DNA of 64,000 nucleotides from Diadema antillarum (lineage: Eukaryota): assembly GCF_040938485.1 (NCBI RefSeq), contig NW_027271045.1:744001-808000 (forward strand), written 5' to 3'. The notes beneath the pieces were generated by a model, which worked only from the letters and a program-made list of their open reading frames with translations, did not search any database and was not told the origin of the DNA. A program made the translations under genes and the position numbers. Positions 45,601 to 62,517 of this stretch are shown in pieces. Position 1 is the stretch's first letter, and each line of letters begins with the position of its first letter.

Positions 45601-48136
45601 AGTAACCACTACAAAGAAAATGGGTATAAGCCTATAATGCATAAGTTCGTGATATGAAAAGGGCCATCAAGGCACAAAATACAAATTGTGAATATTCGTT
45701 GGGAGGACTGTATAAAGGGGAAAACAAAGAGATACTCAGTAATTTCCTGAAGGCAGGTGATGATTGAAAAACTTGTAAAAATGTTGGGTAAATAATTGGT
45801 TTGTACGGGTTTATTGGCTATCCCTATATACATTAATGCTATGAGAGGATCGAGAAGTGAACCTGAGTGGTTTAATGCTAGAGTGCTATGATATTCTTTC
45901 AACGTTCGTATGAACCATTTCACAACGGAAAATTAACTCAGAACCAGCTTACCCCATGTCTTGGGATTAGATTAGTACCATTAACTAATAGCCGAAACGA
46001 TTTGGTGTATAGTCGATCACCATTGTGTCTGAGTATGCTTTTATTCGAACTCGGTCTTCAACAGACTTCTTCTTCTCGTTTTTTTTTTTCTCTCTCTCCC
46101 TCTCTTAACGTCACTATACTTATTCACAGCACGTACAGCTATCATACAGAACAACGCAGAAGGTATAAAGTGCTCTTTTGAGCAAACAATTATTATCATA
46201 CTGTTATATTTAGTAGGGCCTATATTTCCTGTATCATAAACAAGAACTGACACGTAATGTATGTGCAATAATGTTAGTCTCAATTGGTATTTAAATAATT
46301 GTGCTCTCCCTAATTTGCTCGCATTACGTGCAATCAGTAACGTCATTGTTTGCGAGTTTACGTTGTGAAAAATGACCCAATTTCTATAATATCTATGATG
46401 TGTTGGGGATTTTTTACAATCAGATTTATCTTGCTACAATTTCTGACAATATTACATAATTAATGTATATCACAATAACAGTAGGTGTATAACAGCCTCG
46501 TGCATTGAAATGTATGTTGTTGAACCCACTACTTATGAGCGGGGAAACGTTTTAGAAGGATTTTGATTTATTGATTGCAAGTTTTGCTATCAGCACAGCA
46601 CAATGACAGAAATCAGTGTTGTGCAATCGTGTCTCTGTCATTGACCTGTGATAATGGAAACGTCGACGTTATCAACTTTAATATCCAAAAATTAAAAAAA
46701 CAGCTGATATGAAGCTATGTATACCCAGGCGTACGTACCTCCACTGCCTTTGACTGAAAGATGAATCTAGGGGATGCTGAATTTGTCATTCATATCACTA
46801 CTGATATGTTTTAAAAAGTCGTGAGGAAAGGTTAAATTTGATAATAAACAATGCGCCTTGTTGAACTAACAGTTGCGTTTTGAATAGATCATTGATATCA
46901 TGTCGCGTTCCGTTCCCAGACATTCTTGTTGTTGTCTTGATCACTTCTGGTTTATCTGACAAATTATATTTATCCCCAAAATGAATCTGTTATCCCTAGG
47001 AACATTGAGGAATATGTGTAAATGATGCAGATCCGAATGTATCCACACACATTCACACACAATAAGCCTTTAATAAGGACAGAGAGAGATGGAAAGAGAG
47101 ACAGAGTTTTGGATTACCCACATTATGTGGGTAATCTATAATCATCATAATTATAGCACTGTCTTCAAGAAGCCACTGGATCGCAATGAACATCCAAACT
47201 ACTTTCAAGACATTCACAACATTTCCATTTCTTCGCTGTTTTGGCTGCTTTTGGGAAATACGTTGGTCATAATCATTATGCAAAGAAACGTAATGACAGT
47301 GTATATTTGTAGCTGCTGCTGTTATGGACGAAAATATTGAGTATATGATACAGTGGATTATTAGGTAATGTTTTATAAAATGTTCAAAATTGATATACAA
47401 TCAAATAATAATTATTCCATTCAGCCTTCAGAAAAGAAAGGTGTCTTAACTTCACAGTTTTTGTTGTTGTTGTTGGCATAAAGTAACGATGTTTGGACAT
47501 GTTGGATAAACTCGTGAACTAATCCCGGTGAAGATCGCTATTTCAGACACCTGTAGTACTTCTGAAGATATCGACAATATGCAGATGTAATAAGATTAAA
47601 TCTGATTCTTGAAAAATCTTACAAGTTAAGTCTACTAGAACAATTGAAAACCTGAATATAAGTCCAATAAATTTTTGGCCAAAGCAGTTTGACATGAGTA
47701 ATTGTAGCTTATGTATGGACTCATCTTGTGTATAAATGATAAACCGTGATTACCCCCGGAAGTGCCTGAAATGAATGAGTGAAATCTTATATGAATGTAA
47801 GAATGGCCTAAGTCCAGGTCCTGGACTTGGGTCATTTATACATTCATATTATAGCGCCCTCTCTCATCACTCCTTGTCTAGGCCTATTCGTGACATACAA
47901 AATAAACATGACTTGCTGGACAGTGATGAGGAGTTAGGTTGGGAAAAAACAAAGGAATGTTAGACTAGAAGCAAAATAAGAGCAAAAGGCTTCAGAGCAG
48001 AGGGGGAAAGGTACATAAATTGCAAAAGAACCAAGTTCCTGCCATTTGAATAACACAAAATTATTGGGGAATCATGTGAAGAAATTCATATTTTCAGTGC
48101 GCATGTTAATAGGCCTGAATTTAGGAGCATCAGTAT

Positions 48137-48620
48137 ACTAGAAATGTAGAAATCAAACCATTTTAGAAAATGGAGAAACTAGTGAAATGACAGCATTTTT
48201 ACCTACACCTTTGAACAAATGGACAAACAGATTCAGAGAATTGATGTCTAGTAATACGTGTGCATTATAACTTTATGAAGAGACTTTCCCGCACTGCAGA
48301 GAGACGGGGGAAATTGTGACATTTTGCCATTTTAACTTGACCAATAACCTTTGAACCTTGACCTTAGTTGTGTGCAACCATGAGTTGATGGGGACAACTT
48401 TATCCACTTATATATACATGTGCAAAGTTTCAGCTCAGAGCTGGGTATACCTCTAGCGGTTCCTTAGTTATATTGTCCACATATTGCTTATAAGAGACAG
48501 ATGGAAGACATTTCCACGCATTTAACACATACACAGTCATAATATGCACATTTTAGCTCCATGTACAGTTTGTGTACAGACAGACGTGCACACACAAAGA
48601 TACACACACATGATGAATTA
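48137..48620. repeat. Unclassified interspersed repeat (ACTAGAAATG... TTGACC..TAACCTTTGAACCTTGACC... GTGCAAAGTTTCA... ACAGACAGAC type)
   Basis: Motif order typical of widespread invertebrate non-autonomous elements; class not determinable here. Confidence 0.4.
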
Positions 48621-49333
48621 GTATAGTGATGAGAGACATTATACTATGGTAGACAACTATACATTTTTACATAGGGCCATACAGACTAAAAGCTGAAAAA
48701 AGTAACAAACTCTCTTATCTATTGTTTTTACCATACCATTAATATAACAGCCTATTCTGTAAATGATTCAAAGAACGACCCAAGTCCACACAATGATTAA
48801 GAACGACCCACGTCCATCACATAGCATGACCATTCCACAATTAACGTAAATTATAATTGTGATAATGATATATGTACTAATTTGTATATACGATGTTGCC
48901 TTCCCATCACAGTTTTTTTTTTATTTAGATACTCGATTTTCATGATGGTCGTTTCTTTTTATGGTATAACTTTTTAAAGAAACAGGTTAATTGCAGTGAT
49001 GGGCGCTCCTATACCTTTATCTCGCTTTGATGCCTGCCGGTAACACGCATTATATATAATCAAGCTCTCATTTTTACTTTGGTTTTATCAACACTATTCT
49101 GCCATTTCAATGATGATGGTCCTTTGCTTGGAGAGTAAAAGTTCCATCATCATTGCATTGATAATAGCGTTTTTAGCGACGTGTTATTTCTATATATTTC
49201 ATTTGACAACATCTGACAACAAGACAACGATATATTCGCATTTCAAACAAGGACTGTATAGTCTTTTCCATCTTTCTATTAGTATCAACAGCATAACGAC
49301 CCAGTTTCTGATCGGTAGGTTGACATTAAGACC

Positions 49334-49750
49334 TTAAAGAGAACAAGAACCCGAGAGCAATGTGGATTGAGTGAAAGCAGCAACATCAGTAGAGCATGCG
49401 CACTTCACTGAAAGTTTGAGAAAAAATCGGACAATCGATGCTAAAGTTATGAATTTTCAAAGTTTTGGGGTTAGAACTGCTGGATGAGGAGACTACTAGA
49501 GGTTATGACGTATGATTGGACAACAATATTAAGAAAAATTAAGGGAATTCCACAAAATTTCATTTTTCATGAAAATTACATATTCCCTCAACTTGATACT
49601 GACATACATGTACATGTATAGGCACCTATCATGTTAGCTTTCTGAAAGTGGTTAGTCAAGTGCTCTTTCATTTTGCTAGAAAAGTGAATTTTGGTGGAAT
49701 TTTCTTTATATTTTTTCAATTCACATTTCTCATTGGGTTTGGGTTCCCTT
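49334..49750. mobile_element. Degraded copy of the Kolobok-like family seen at 52342
   Basis: Shares GAGCAATGTGGATTGAGTGAAAGCAGCAACAT...GGATGAGGAGACTACTAGAGGTTATGA and the TGGGTTTGGGTTCCCTTT end. Confidence 0.7.
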
Positions 49751-50534
49751 TGCAATACCGCGACCAGAGAATGGGAGTGACTGATGTATTAGTAATAATA
49801 GTTTACTAGCATAGACGGTAATGGAAGGAGCTCAAGCATTACGTTAAGTTATTTCATTCAAACTCGTAAAGTTTCGCCCTATCATTACAGAGCCAAGTTG
49901 TTTCTCAAAAGTTTTCGCAGAGCTGTCTAAATCAACGAGCTACAGTATACTGTAGATGGCTTACAATCCCTGGTATTTTATGTTGAGAAACCATAGTTAA
50001 TGAAAACTTAGAAAACCCAAGAGCGTCACCTGTAAACAAACAAACAATATCGGAGTACTTTCAAAGCAGAAGATAAGATATCAAGTACTTGGAAATTATT
50101 ACTTGAGTAATTTGGTCACATAGCCGCAGTATGGACACTGACTGAAAGTAAACTTGAACTGCTTTGTTATAAAAAAAAACAGAGTAGGAAAGGAATATTG
50201 TTAATGATGCTTATGATAATATAGCACAATCGGGTTGCCTTGGAAAGAAAAAAAAATGTCAGCTGGCCTATTTTTATAAACACATCATAACCATCATTTA
50301 CGATTGTAATTGATGTTGTTGTTAGCTTTCCTGACGTCGTGTAATTTTGTGAAATGCATCCTAGCAGCTGTGCTGGGAGCAGCTGCAGCTTCATAATTAT
50401 TAGACACCTAATTTCATGACAATACTATCATGTTGATTATTATTAGTTTCATTCTTCCAACCAACCACCCTATGGCCGTGATAGCGTACCGTCAACTGAC
50501 CGTGTACTACAGTACTAGAAAATTCTCACGTTCC

Positions 50535-50723
50535 AGCGACAGATGGCGACATAACGAATAGGAAGAAGTGTAAACATGACTCGACCACTGTCCCCGGCCC
50601 CGTACCCGTACCACAGAACAAATTTATATAGTGACCCGTACCCACTGAACTAAACACTTTGGTGCTCGTACATTGCGTACAAAGTTCAAACACAGTACAG
50701 TACGTGTAACGCTGCATGTGAGT
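50535..50723 (+). promoter_or_regulatory. Probable TRIAP1 promoter and non-coding first exon
   Basis: CpG-richer patch with YY1-like AGATGGCG (~50541) and donor-like gtgagt at 50718; downstream acceptor ccatcaaag|52070 precedes the ATG. Confidence 0.4.
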
Positions 50724-52050
50724 CCACCTGAAGTTGAACTAGTCTTTTAGACTTAAAGGTAATGTATTGGTAATTATTCGAAGTGTCAGTGACAGCTGTC
50801 TCTCATTTTTTTTCTTTATCTATTGCCTGCCAACATTATAGGCCTAGTTGTGCAGCATGTATAGTAACGATGATAACCCAAAATTGGCCATATTTGGTCT
50901 TCAGCAAGCTTGAAGTATTACACGGCCCCACCTCTTGATATTGGTGTTAGTTAAGGTCCAAGTTATATTATATCGTACAGACGCTGCACGCTGCACTGCA
51001 CTGACTAGACTAGTCTGAGAATACATGTAAATACACTGTATAGTGTACTATGATTCTCTTGAACCCTTACTGTTCAATATTAAGACTACATCTACCCAGA
51101 TGGTCTCAGGTATTTTGCGTTTCCTGTCAATATATTGGCTTGGAGTGTAACACTAAATTATATAGGTCTAGTGTGTGTTTTTTCCTCCGGGGTCAACGAA
51201 GCGAAATTAAACTCAGGTGAACTAGTTTAGTAGGTAGTAGATGTAGATCTATAAGTATTGACATTCCGTCATTGTATGACAGTATATTAAACTTAGTTTA
51301 AATCATTGTAAATGGCAAATTAAAAACAAATGGAGAGTGCATTGCATTGTGCAATTTGATGACTCTATGCTATAGACCTAAACGGCTAAAGGAAAATTAC
51401 TTCTTTTTTTTTTTTTTTTTTGGGGGGGGGGGGGGGGAGGCGGGGAATACCCGAGTAAATACAGTTAACTAATAGTAATGGGCTTCATTTAACCCGTTCC
51501 TTACGGTATGAAGACAAGATTGCCTGCTTTCGTGGCCTAAATTCATGTGTCTTTGTGTTATGATGTCTCCCAAAATGGGTTTGATAAAAAGATTAGAGTT
51601 TATTCTATCAGCACTTGTTCTCTTTCTGTTGGAAAAATGCATACATCACAGTATTTTTTACCTTTTTTCTGATTTAGTTTGCCCTTGCTCTGCTATAAAA
51701 CTTGTATGAACATACATTAGCGATCAAAGCTGAGCTCAGTAGATTTCTGTGTTTGCTGACCCCAGTCATCCCATTCAGGTGCCTGGTTTTGTGTAGAACA
51801 AAAAGAGTCTTTAAGCCAATCAGCACATGCTCTATTCGTACTTCGCACTCGATTTACATTTCCATTGTTCAAGGGCACATGTAGTTGACCATGGGGAAGG
51901 GATACATGCACCGCTTGACTGCTTTCGCACAGGTGGATTACCAACCTGTCCGTTCTCTCTGGACAGGCTAAAAGAATCTCGTTTGGGGACATTAAAGGTA
52001 CTTAGAGAATTGCAGAAGGAACGGTTTAATAAAGTTGTTTGTTTCTTTGA

Positions 52051-53673
<1,623 letters not shown>

Positions 53674-55852
53674 CCCATGTGAGGGCGCTCTCCTGAATAG
53701 TAACATTTCTTCATCAAATTTTTTTCACACAACAGTGAAAAAAACAATCATGATGGTGCTCTTTGCAATACCAATGAACGGAATCGTCGCTGATCATGTA
53801 TGAAGGAAAAAGGTTCAACTGCGTCAGAATAAGACAGATGTACGAATTTGGTGATTTTCCAACTTAAGCCATTAACATTACAATGATGGATGCAAAGTGT
53901 GAAGAGGATCACTACCCCCCTGATCATGTCCAGTTTGTACATTTTTGTTGGATTGCTTACCTATCCATAAGGTGCCTCTGCTGTGTTACAGGTTGGCACC
54001 TCAAGTGTTGTGCTTCCTTCACTGGTGAATGAGTGTGGATGTTCTAAACCAGATGTCAATAAGTAGAGATCATGTGATCAAAATGATCCCAGTCATGTGA
54101 CAGTGGTCTTCATTTGTGGACTGTCATTAATTCTCTTTATCACAGGTTGCTGGGTGAGTTATCATGCAAACTACCTTGTACTAAGAGAGTTTCAATTTGT
54201 GAAAAAAAAATGGAAATTATATGTCATGGAAACTTACATGCATGAGTAAAAGTATGTGGGCACATGAAATAAATCAATAATTAAAAAATGCATCGTGGAA
54301 AAGCTAAATGCTCCGAAGTAAAACCTTCCAAAAGTGCATGTGACATTTTATACATTCATTGGCCCAGAAGACGTAATAAAACAAATCAAACATACAACAG
54401 AGACTCATAAATGTTCTTTTTGTCACATCAGATAGTTGTACATACTAGTCAGTGATGTGTTGTCAATAATTCACTTGACACTGTAGATTCTCCCTTCTGG
54501 GTGTCATCAGGTGCGCCTATGTACATGTACAGCATACTGTTGCACTATGAATACATGTTATTTGTCAACAGACCAATTTCCCATCATGTTCAAAGTTTCC
54601 GTACCTCCTTAAGAAAGGTCGCTCCTAGATAACCAGGAAACTTACCCAAAACTTGCCCATCATAGCAAATATCGATGAGTGCAATCTTTGCATTCCAAGG
54701 GGTGAAATGCATTGAGTATTATGAAGACTTAATATACGAAAAAACAAATGAACAAAACAAAACATGATGGTAAACCATTTTTGTCAATTAGAGATACCTG
54801 TATTTGAGATTGAAGCTGCATAATAGACTAACACAATCAATCTTGCCTCAGTTGATTTCACACAAGTCGAAAAATTGACAAGGTCAAAGAAAAATTCAAC
54901 TCCAGATACAAAGCATACATTTGTATGTGCTAATCTATTGTGTAAGTCAAAATTTAGGTACTTCAAAAGGATTTTCTCTGCTCCCTTTAGATTGTACTGT
55001 AGGAGAGGTTGTCTGTATTTTCATAATGCGTTTTAATCCTGTGCATACTACCGGTATTCTGATAACGGTTGCCCATGACAACCTCAGATGGCAACCTCAG
55101 AGCTTGCCTGACCAAGGAACTAATGTATGTAACATGTAATCTTATGTGTGTAGGTAAAAAAAGTCGTAATTACACATTGTACACTAGTACTGTACATGTA
55201 CCAGCTGAGAAAATATTTGTAAATGTGAGACATGTTTACTTTTAGATTCATTGTGAGGCCATTCAATTCAAGAAATAACAAGGAATATTATGGATATTGG
55301 TTGCTATGCACTAGTAGGGGAGATCTGTACACTGTATACATTTAAATACATAGAGTTGTCTGTGTGAAGTATTCATGTTCTAGCCCATGCCCATGAAATG
55401 CAGGAAAGCTGAAGAAATGAGAAATAATTGTCTCTGGGGGCATTGCGCAAACACTTTTATGAGGAAAATATATGAAAATATGTGAAACTTTTCTACGTAC
55501 AGTAAATAACTACATATGAGATGTATGGTATGATGATGAGTAATAATGTATTAAATATTTTCTATGGAAGGAAAATTATTGAGAAGTCTGGTCTTTTGGG
55601 TGATGTTGTATGGCATGGCCAGTAGAGTATAAGTTGCACTTTATTACAGCTTGGCACAGAAAATTTGTGCATTCAGTTTCTGCCTCCATCCAGCAAGAGA
55701 TGGTAATTGTACACTAAAGTCTGCATCAAAGGTACCACAATTCTGTTTGTTCTTCCTAAACCGTACTTTTGTCATGCCATCTATCCAGTTACTAGTACAC
55801 ACATCTGTCCATTATGGAAGCTGATATGAACCCTGATACGAAGTACATTGTA

Positions 55853-56061
55853 CTGTAAAAGTGGATTATTTTGTGCATGACTAATTTTGCGCTCGGCCGG
55901 TCAAGAAGAGTTTCGCGTGTTTTTAATTCCGCGGAATCAAGACACCAACTACTGCAACATATGGCAAACAAAAATATTCGCGTGCTTTTATTTTCGAGCT
56001 AGTTTCTGGTTGCGCGAAACGCGCAAAAATTTCAACACCGCGAAAATTTCCACTTTTACAG
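55853..56061. mobile_element. TA-flanked MITE (Tc1/mariner-pogo-like)
   Basis: TA|CTGTAAAAGTGGA ... TCCACTTTTACAG|TA; interior rich in TTTCGCG/CGCGAAA motifs. Confidence 0.75.
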
Positions 56062-56480
56062 TACAATGTATTGACAAAATTCAATACAGCCTGGTACAGC
56101 TTATACATGTAGTGCAGAATATGCTTTACTTTTTCAGTTCTTCCATGTAAAGACACAAACTTTGTTCATAATTCAGATCCACAGTGCAAAACTGACCATA
56201 GGTAGGCATATGGCATTTAAATAATGCAGTTATGAATTCAATCCAGGAATTTCACCAAACACAAAATGGACAATTACTAAGTAACCAGTTGAAGGTTCAT
56301 CCTTTGACAATAGGAGCCTGATGCTCTTTCGTAGGGTGTTATTGGTTCATGTTGCAGGTAATTGTGTATTACAGTGGTCAATTGTCCCTCCAAGCATTAT
56401 TGAGCTGCAAATCTGCGAGAGCAGTTAAACAAACATAGCAACAAAAAAACAATGCATCAAAAGTGTGTGTATGTGTGTGG

Positions 56481-56519
<39 letters not shown>

Positions 56520-57635
56520 AAAAGAGAGTGGACATTTTGAAACTGAAGCATTTTTAAAATACTTTTCTAGTTACTTTTTATCAAAGCTGAATGATAGTAC
56601 TGCTGCTGTTGATAATGGTCGATGAACTATGTGTAATAATTTCGATATTTCATCATTGCAATCCTTCATTACTATAATTTTCACACACTTACACACACAG
56701 ACACACACACACAGACACACACACATCGTTTCCATATACATACTTCCAATAATTATTTTGCAATGCACAGATCATACAACCCTCAAATCTCACAAATATG
56801 AAGGTTGGGCAAATGCCATTTGGTATCAAGGATTTGTCTTTAATCAGAAGTTCTGAATGATGTGTCTGCATTTACAAGATAAAATGTGATACTTCGTGAC
56901 AACGCATGAGTGATGCCCAGTAAAAATTCCATGTACAATGTACATTGTACAAACTGGAAACCCACACACTTTACTTCTAAGCCTGAATACTGTATATGTA
57001 CTTCATTTCATTATTAGATGGTAGACATCAACATATCACATTTCCCTCATAACAATGCTGCTAAGAAGTGAAGTATTCTATTGTAGATCTAGCCTTGACC
57101 ACTCAAGGCAGTACATTCTCATCCATCTACAATAGTATCTCTGAAATATATTTATACATTACCTGTATTTTGTTTTTCAGATTTCACTTGAGGATCATGA
57201 ACTGAGACATAAGACTGGTTTACTAATGTATTCACACTTTATTAATACTTTCAATACCAAAGGATAATTGTCACAACCAGAAAGCTTGCCAAAGGTATAG
57301 ACCTGCTTGGCTTTAAAACATTGTAACTTACGTCGGCCATATCGTAAAAGTTTGCTTTTTAGTGGGACCCTCCATTTCCATTCCCATCCTTATTTAATTT
57401 GCATTATGCATATGCATATACATGTATATGTATTTCTAAACATTACAATTTTTTTTTCCATTTTGTTACTCATTTTCACATTTTTTTTTATTTACGTTTT
57501 TGCAATTACATTGTATTACAAATATATTCTGCTTGTATATAATTTCTCCGTTTATTTGATGGAAATGAGAATCAATTTGAACTTGAACTATCATTAGGCA
57601 TACTGAAGCCCCCCAGTTATGGCTGAAATAGACAT

Positions 57636-58041
57636 TAATGGGGTAGTGTACTATTAGTTAAGTTGAGGATTCAGCCTCTAAACTTTTTGCAAGATACTTA
57701 GGAACCACTTTATGAAATGTTAAAGATCATACAATTCTAAGAGGAATTCAAAGTTCATTTGATGAAAACTGTTTTTGAAATGGCTGAGACACCCCCAAAA
57801 CACAGTAAAACAAAGCGATCCTACTAAAAGGTGGGTCCCACCTTTTATTAGGATTTCTTTGCTTTGGATATCTCAGCCATTTCAAACTAAGTTTCATCAA
57901 ATGAACTTTGAATTCCTCTTAGAATTGTATGCTCTTTCATATTTCGTAAGAGGTTTCTTACTATCTCCAAAATCATCATAAAAAACAACAAAACATTGGA
58001 AACCTGTAGCCCCATCTCAGCCAAAACTGTACCATTCCTTT
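57636..58041. mobile_element. Second copy of the Kolobok-like family seen at 36249
   Basis: Shares GAGGATTCAG, CATTTGATGAAAA..TTTT.AAATG.CTGAGA and TGGATATCTCAG.CATTTCAAA; TTAA-like ends. Confidence 0.65.
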
Positions 58042-59522
58042 AACATATGAAACAGAACCCAAACCAAACAGGTCCATAGCCCTAACTTTGGCAAGCAAAC
58101 TGGATTTCCAGGTATTTAATTGCATTGAGTAAGTAAAAATGGATGGATTTACTTGTCACTAGGTCATAGGGAAAATATCCACAAATTGGAATACATCAGT
58201 AAACCAGCCTATTGGGTACACTGTAGGCCTACATACAGTAAAGCAAGTATGCATTTGCATGACATATACTTTAGTCTCTGCTTTGCCTCATGTTCTGTTC
58301 AAACAATGACAATATGCAAACCTAATTTTACCAGTATAACTACGACAACATGAAGTATGCCTGCTACACAAATCACAAGTTGGTAAATGTAAAGTTCTTC
58401 CTGAAGCTTGCATTGATATTAATGCATAAATAAATGAGTTCACTGGCCTCCTGCATGACTCCTTTGAATGAGCTAAAAAATAGTTCCATATCAGGCCTCA
58501 CTGAATGACAACCATGGGCTGAAGTGAGCATCCATGTAGACAAAAGAAAAAAAAATGATAAAGTAACATGCAACTAAAGTAAAATAAATTAAGGAATGAA
58601 TGAATCAAAAAGTAATTAATGAATAAATATACAACTCTTTATGTGCCAAGATTTTTGGTTTGTTTTTGTTTTTGTTTAGTTGTTTTTTGTCCTTTCCTTC
58701 AAACACTGATTTTTTTTTTCTTGCATAAAGCCCCCCTCCCCACACGGATTTCTTTCCCCCAAGATGCCAAAGAGGGATTAATACTTACATGTACAAACTT
58801 GTATCCCTGAATGTAGGGATTATAAATCAGAATAGCTAGCACAACCTTTAAAATAAAACATACAACTGCAGTACTTTACCACAAAAAGGGAAAGTGCATA
58901 TCATTCAAATTCAGCACTTAACAATAGGTACATGCAAACAACACTAGGAATTTTAGACAAACAATAATGATTCATACTTTGAATTGCATTTCAACATCAT
59001 CCGGTAAGGTGTCATCAAATCTTAAACTTAATCCTTGAGTGGTTCACACAGACACAGAGAATACAATGTTTCACTTCTCAACACCCATGTAGGTGTTGAA
59101 CATAACTCTCCACATCCAAGTCTCATAAGCCTCAACGCATCATGTGCATGCTCACTTGCACACAGTGGGGTACAGTATCACAATTGCATTCACTCTCCGT
59201 CGACGTATCAGTCAATGCAAGCCTCTTGATCTTGGCAAAGTACATGTAGCACTCACAATTTAAGTCCTCATTAAGTTGGTCCCCAAGCATCCAAGTTTTA
59301 CTCATTTCCTTATTAAGAAAGGAAGCAAAGTTCACTAAGCCTTCTGCTGAATTTGGATCTCCAAATTAAGCTGACACAGTAAGATTAGCCCCATGGCACA
59401 TTGAAAAGGGTTTAATATATCATGGCAATCCATTACACCCATGTATGATTTTTGGAACATTATCCTTCAAGGTGTCGCCAAAATCACCTCAAATTTTCAA
59501 ACATCTATCAAAAGATGTCCTG

Positions 59523-59689
59523 GGGGGCATTTCATGAAGGAACTTGTCGGATAAAATGTCCGACAAGTCAAATATATCCGACAAGTTCAGAGAAATCAGC
59601 CAATCAGACTAAAGAATTTCTCAAAACTTGTCGGATATAATTGACTTGTCAGATATTTTATCCGACAAGTTCCTTCATGAAATGCCCCC
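59523..59689. mobile_element. Harbinger-like MITE (CTG TSD)
   Basis: CTG|GGGGGCATTTCATGAAGGAACTTGTCGGATAAAAT ... ATTTTATCCGACAAGTTCCTTCATGAAATGCCCCC|CTG. Confidence 0.85.
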
Positions 59690-61793
59690 CTGTTAAACCA
59701 TGCAAAAATACATGCAAGGGTTACACAAATTCACTGTATTCATGACCAGCACATGTACTTCAGAAACCACGAGGCATCACTAATACCACTTTGATATTTA
59801 GCGGAAATAAATAATTCTTTGCTTCTACCATTCTACTTCCAGGCTTATTGATCTACAGTGTTGTCTTGTATCTTTTTTTCTTTCTTTTTTTCTGTTTACA
59901 TCGGGCTGGTGGCAAAATCTTTACATCATCAAAACAGATGGGTTTTTTTCTACTTCCTACAAAAGCAAAAATTAAAAACTTCTGCAAGACATTATACAGT
60001 GTATACATCGCATAGTTCATTTCAAAAAGTGTTTTTTTTTTCTTTCCTGAACCATCAATCCTTACATTTATCATACTACTGAGGTAAATAGTGTCTGATG
60101 GGGAGAATTCCATAAAATGCCTTTTTTTTTGTGGAGAAATTAGAGAGCTTTTCTCAACAGCTCCAGTGGAAGACACTTGAGTAGTTAGTATTTCTCCAGA
60201 TTAAAATTGCTGGCAAAGATATTTGCATTCTGACAATTTGCCTACAATTATTGTACATTGCAGGTCCCTCCATGAAATCATAAAAAAAAATAAAGAGGAA
60301 GAAAAACTTCTTTGCATTGCTTCTTTCTGTTTATCAACAGCATTGTGATTCAATATCACTGAACAAGAAGTATGGTTAGAGAAGTAATAATAATGTTGGT
60401 AAGCTCAACCGATTTTCATATCACTCAAAGCTAGCAGTCTGACATGAAACATACACACACTACTTCATGGTGATAAAGGTGACTAACCGAATTGGGCATG
60501 TAATCATTCATATGAATTCATAAAGTTAAAATCATGGCATTGACCTTTTTTTTTTCAATCTTTTCTTTCTTGTTTTCTTTGAGCTGTTGGATAGGATCAG
60601 ACTGATAAATGAACAGTCTGAAAGACTACAATTTAAAAAAAATGGAAAACAAACATGCCTATTGAAATAGGAGTATAAATAACATAAGAACAGATCTGTA
60701 CATTCTTCAGAAATAAAGAGTACCTGCTACATTGCACAATCAACAATAAAAGAATTCGGCAGCTTGTGCCTGTTGCATGTAGAATATGTACAAATGTATA
60801 TTCACTACCTGCAGATTGACCACACAATGCATTCTCACTATTGGCAGAAGACGTCAAACTTGATAGCCAGGAAATATAGAGGCCCAAACACAATTTAAAT
60901 TTTGTGCTAACCCTGCAACATCATATGAACACGTAAGCAAATAACAAACTCCTCATGTGGTCACACCCTTACCTCACAAACAATGTAGTTGGTTTAGGTG
61001 TATTTCTACCACAGAGAAATATACATGTAGCACTGTTTGCAAAAAAAAAATAGAAACACACTAATGAAGCAAGTTGCCGCAAAGGTGAGTGAACTTTGAC
61101 AATTACTGAATGAATTACCCTGGTTTTAGTGTCCAGAAGTCTGCTGACATGGCATTCTTTAGTATTTAACACACATACAAAAGCCTATGATGAGCACAAT
61201 TTGCATACAACAAGCAAACTATTGACTTTATTACACTGTGCGGTCGGGATAACAGTATAAAGTGCATTATATTTGGATTTGAAGTATTACACTAAAAGAC
61301 TTTTGTGATAGATAGCCTAAACCATCAAACTGTAAGTTCCTCTACATCTATTAGTTGCACCCTAAAATTACCCTCAAATTTCTGTATGCCACATCAAGTT
61401 GAGAATATTTTGGTACATATTGTCAGGTAGCAAGTTATATTGTAGTACATGTATTTGTACCCTTCATTCCAAGCACCGTGTACAAGTTGGCCTTGTCTAT
61501 TATATCTGCAATTCAAAGCCTGAATTACATGTACTCTATCATCTCTCCTGTCTAATACAAAGAGAATTTTCTTTGGAAGTGCGGTCCTGGACCTTGTAAA
61601 CATACATGTAGCTATAGTCATGGCTTGAAATCAGCCACATGAAGATGGCCTCAACACTTGGCTCCATGCTCGAGGAACGATCAAATGACTCGTCTGTAGA
61701 AAATGTCTTGTAAAGTGACTTCGATATTGCAGTTTCTATCAAAATGAGATACAGAACAAGGGCAACACAGGTATTTGGAGTGACACAAAGTTC

Positions 61794-62517
61794 TTATGCG
61801 TGATAGAGAGGTACAATCCGTGCTATTCGGTCCCTACATATAGGACACTGGGGCGGCTGGAGGGCAATGGCACACTCTGAACACGCGCACACATGTCCAC
61901 AGTTGAGAAGCACACAGTCGCGGGGGTGAGACAGACATATGGCGCAGGTGTCGACCTCTTGGTGCCTGTTCGGGTAATCATCCACGCTGGAGCCCTCTGC
62001 CTGCTCCGCTCGCTGCTGCAGCACACGTTGCACATAGAGATCGTAGTTTCTCTGCTCCTGGTATCTCTTGAACCACCTCCACAGTACGATGCAGAGCATC
62101 AAGACAGTGGCCGAGCCAAAGAGCGCCACCAAGAGCTTCCAGCGGCGCAGCTTTGACCGCAGCTCCCGAATGATTCCCGACTGTCCCGACAGCGAGAGGA
62201 TGTACTCCAGCCCCGTCGCTGGGGGGCGGAGTGTGATCTTGCCGTTCACCAGCGCCAGTTCCCCGATTCCCGTCAGGAAAGCTCCCTCTGGTAACATGCG
62301 CTCAATTTCTTGGAAACCCTTGGTCTTTTCGCCGCTTGCCCAACTCAGGATGTTGTTCCCCAGAGATGTGTTGTAGGGGTAGAACTTGTCATGGATAGTC
62401 TCCAATTCCAGACCCGTAGCAACAAGAGCGTCCTCAACCCCAATGGCCACATTGTTTCTTGTAATGTCAAAAGGCACATTCTTAGTGGTATCACGAATAA
62501 GACGAGTTGTGTCGTAC
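61794..62517 (-). CDS. MUL1: Mitochondrial E3 ubiquitin ligase MUL1/MAPL, last coding exon (GIDE domain end, TM, RING); upstream exons outside the window
   Basis: Acceptor ttctccccag|62517 (phase 2). TKNVPF, GEKTKGFQEIERML..G..LTGIGEL, TM RRWKLLVALFG...LWRW, C-terminal RING CAIC...RDCVLLNCGHVCAC..C...CPICR..I...VPLY. Confidence 0.93.
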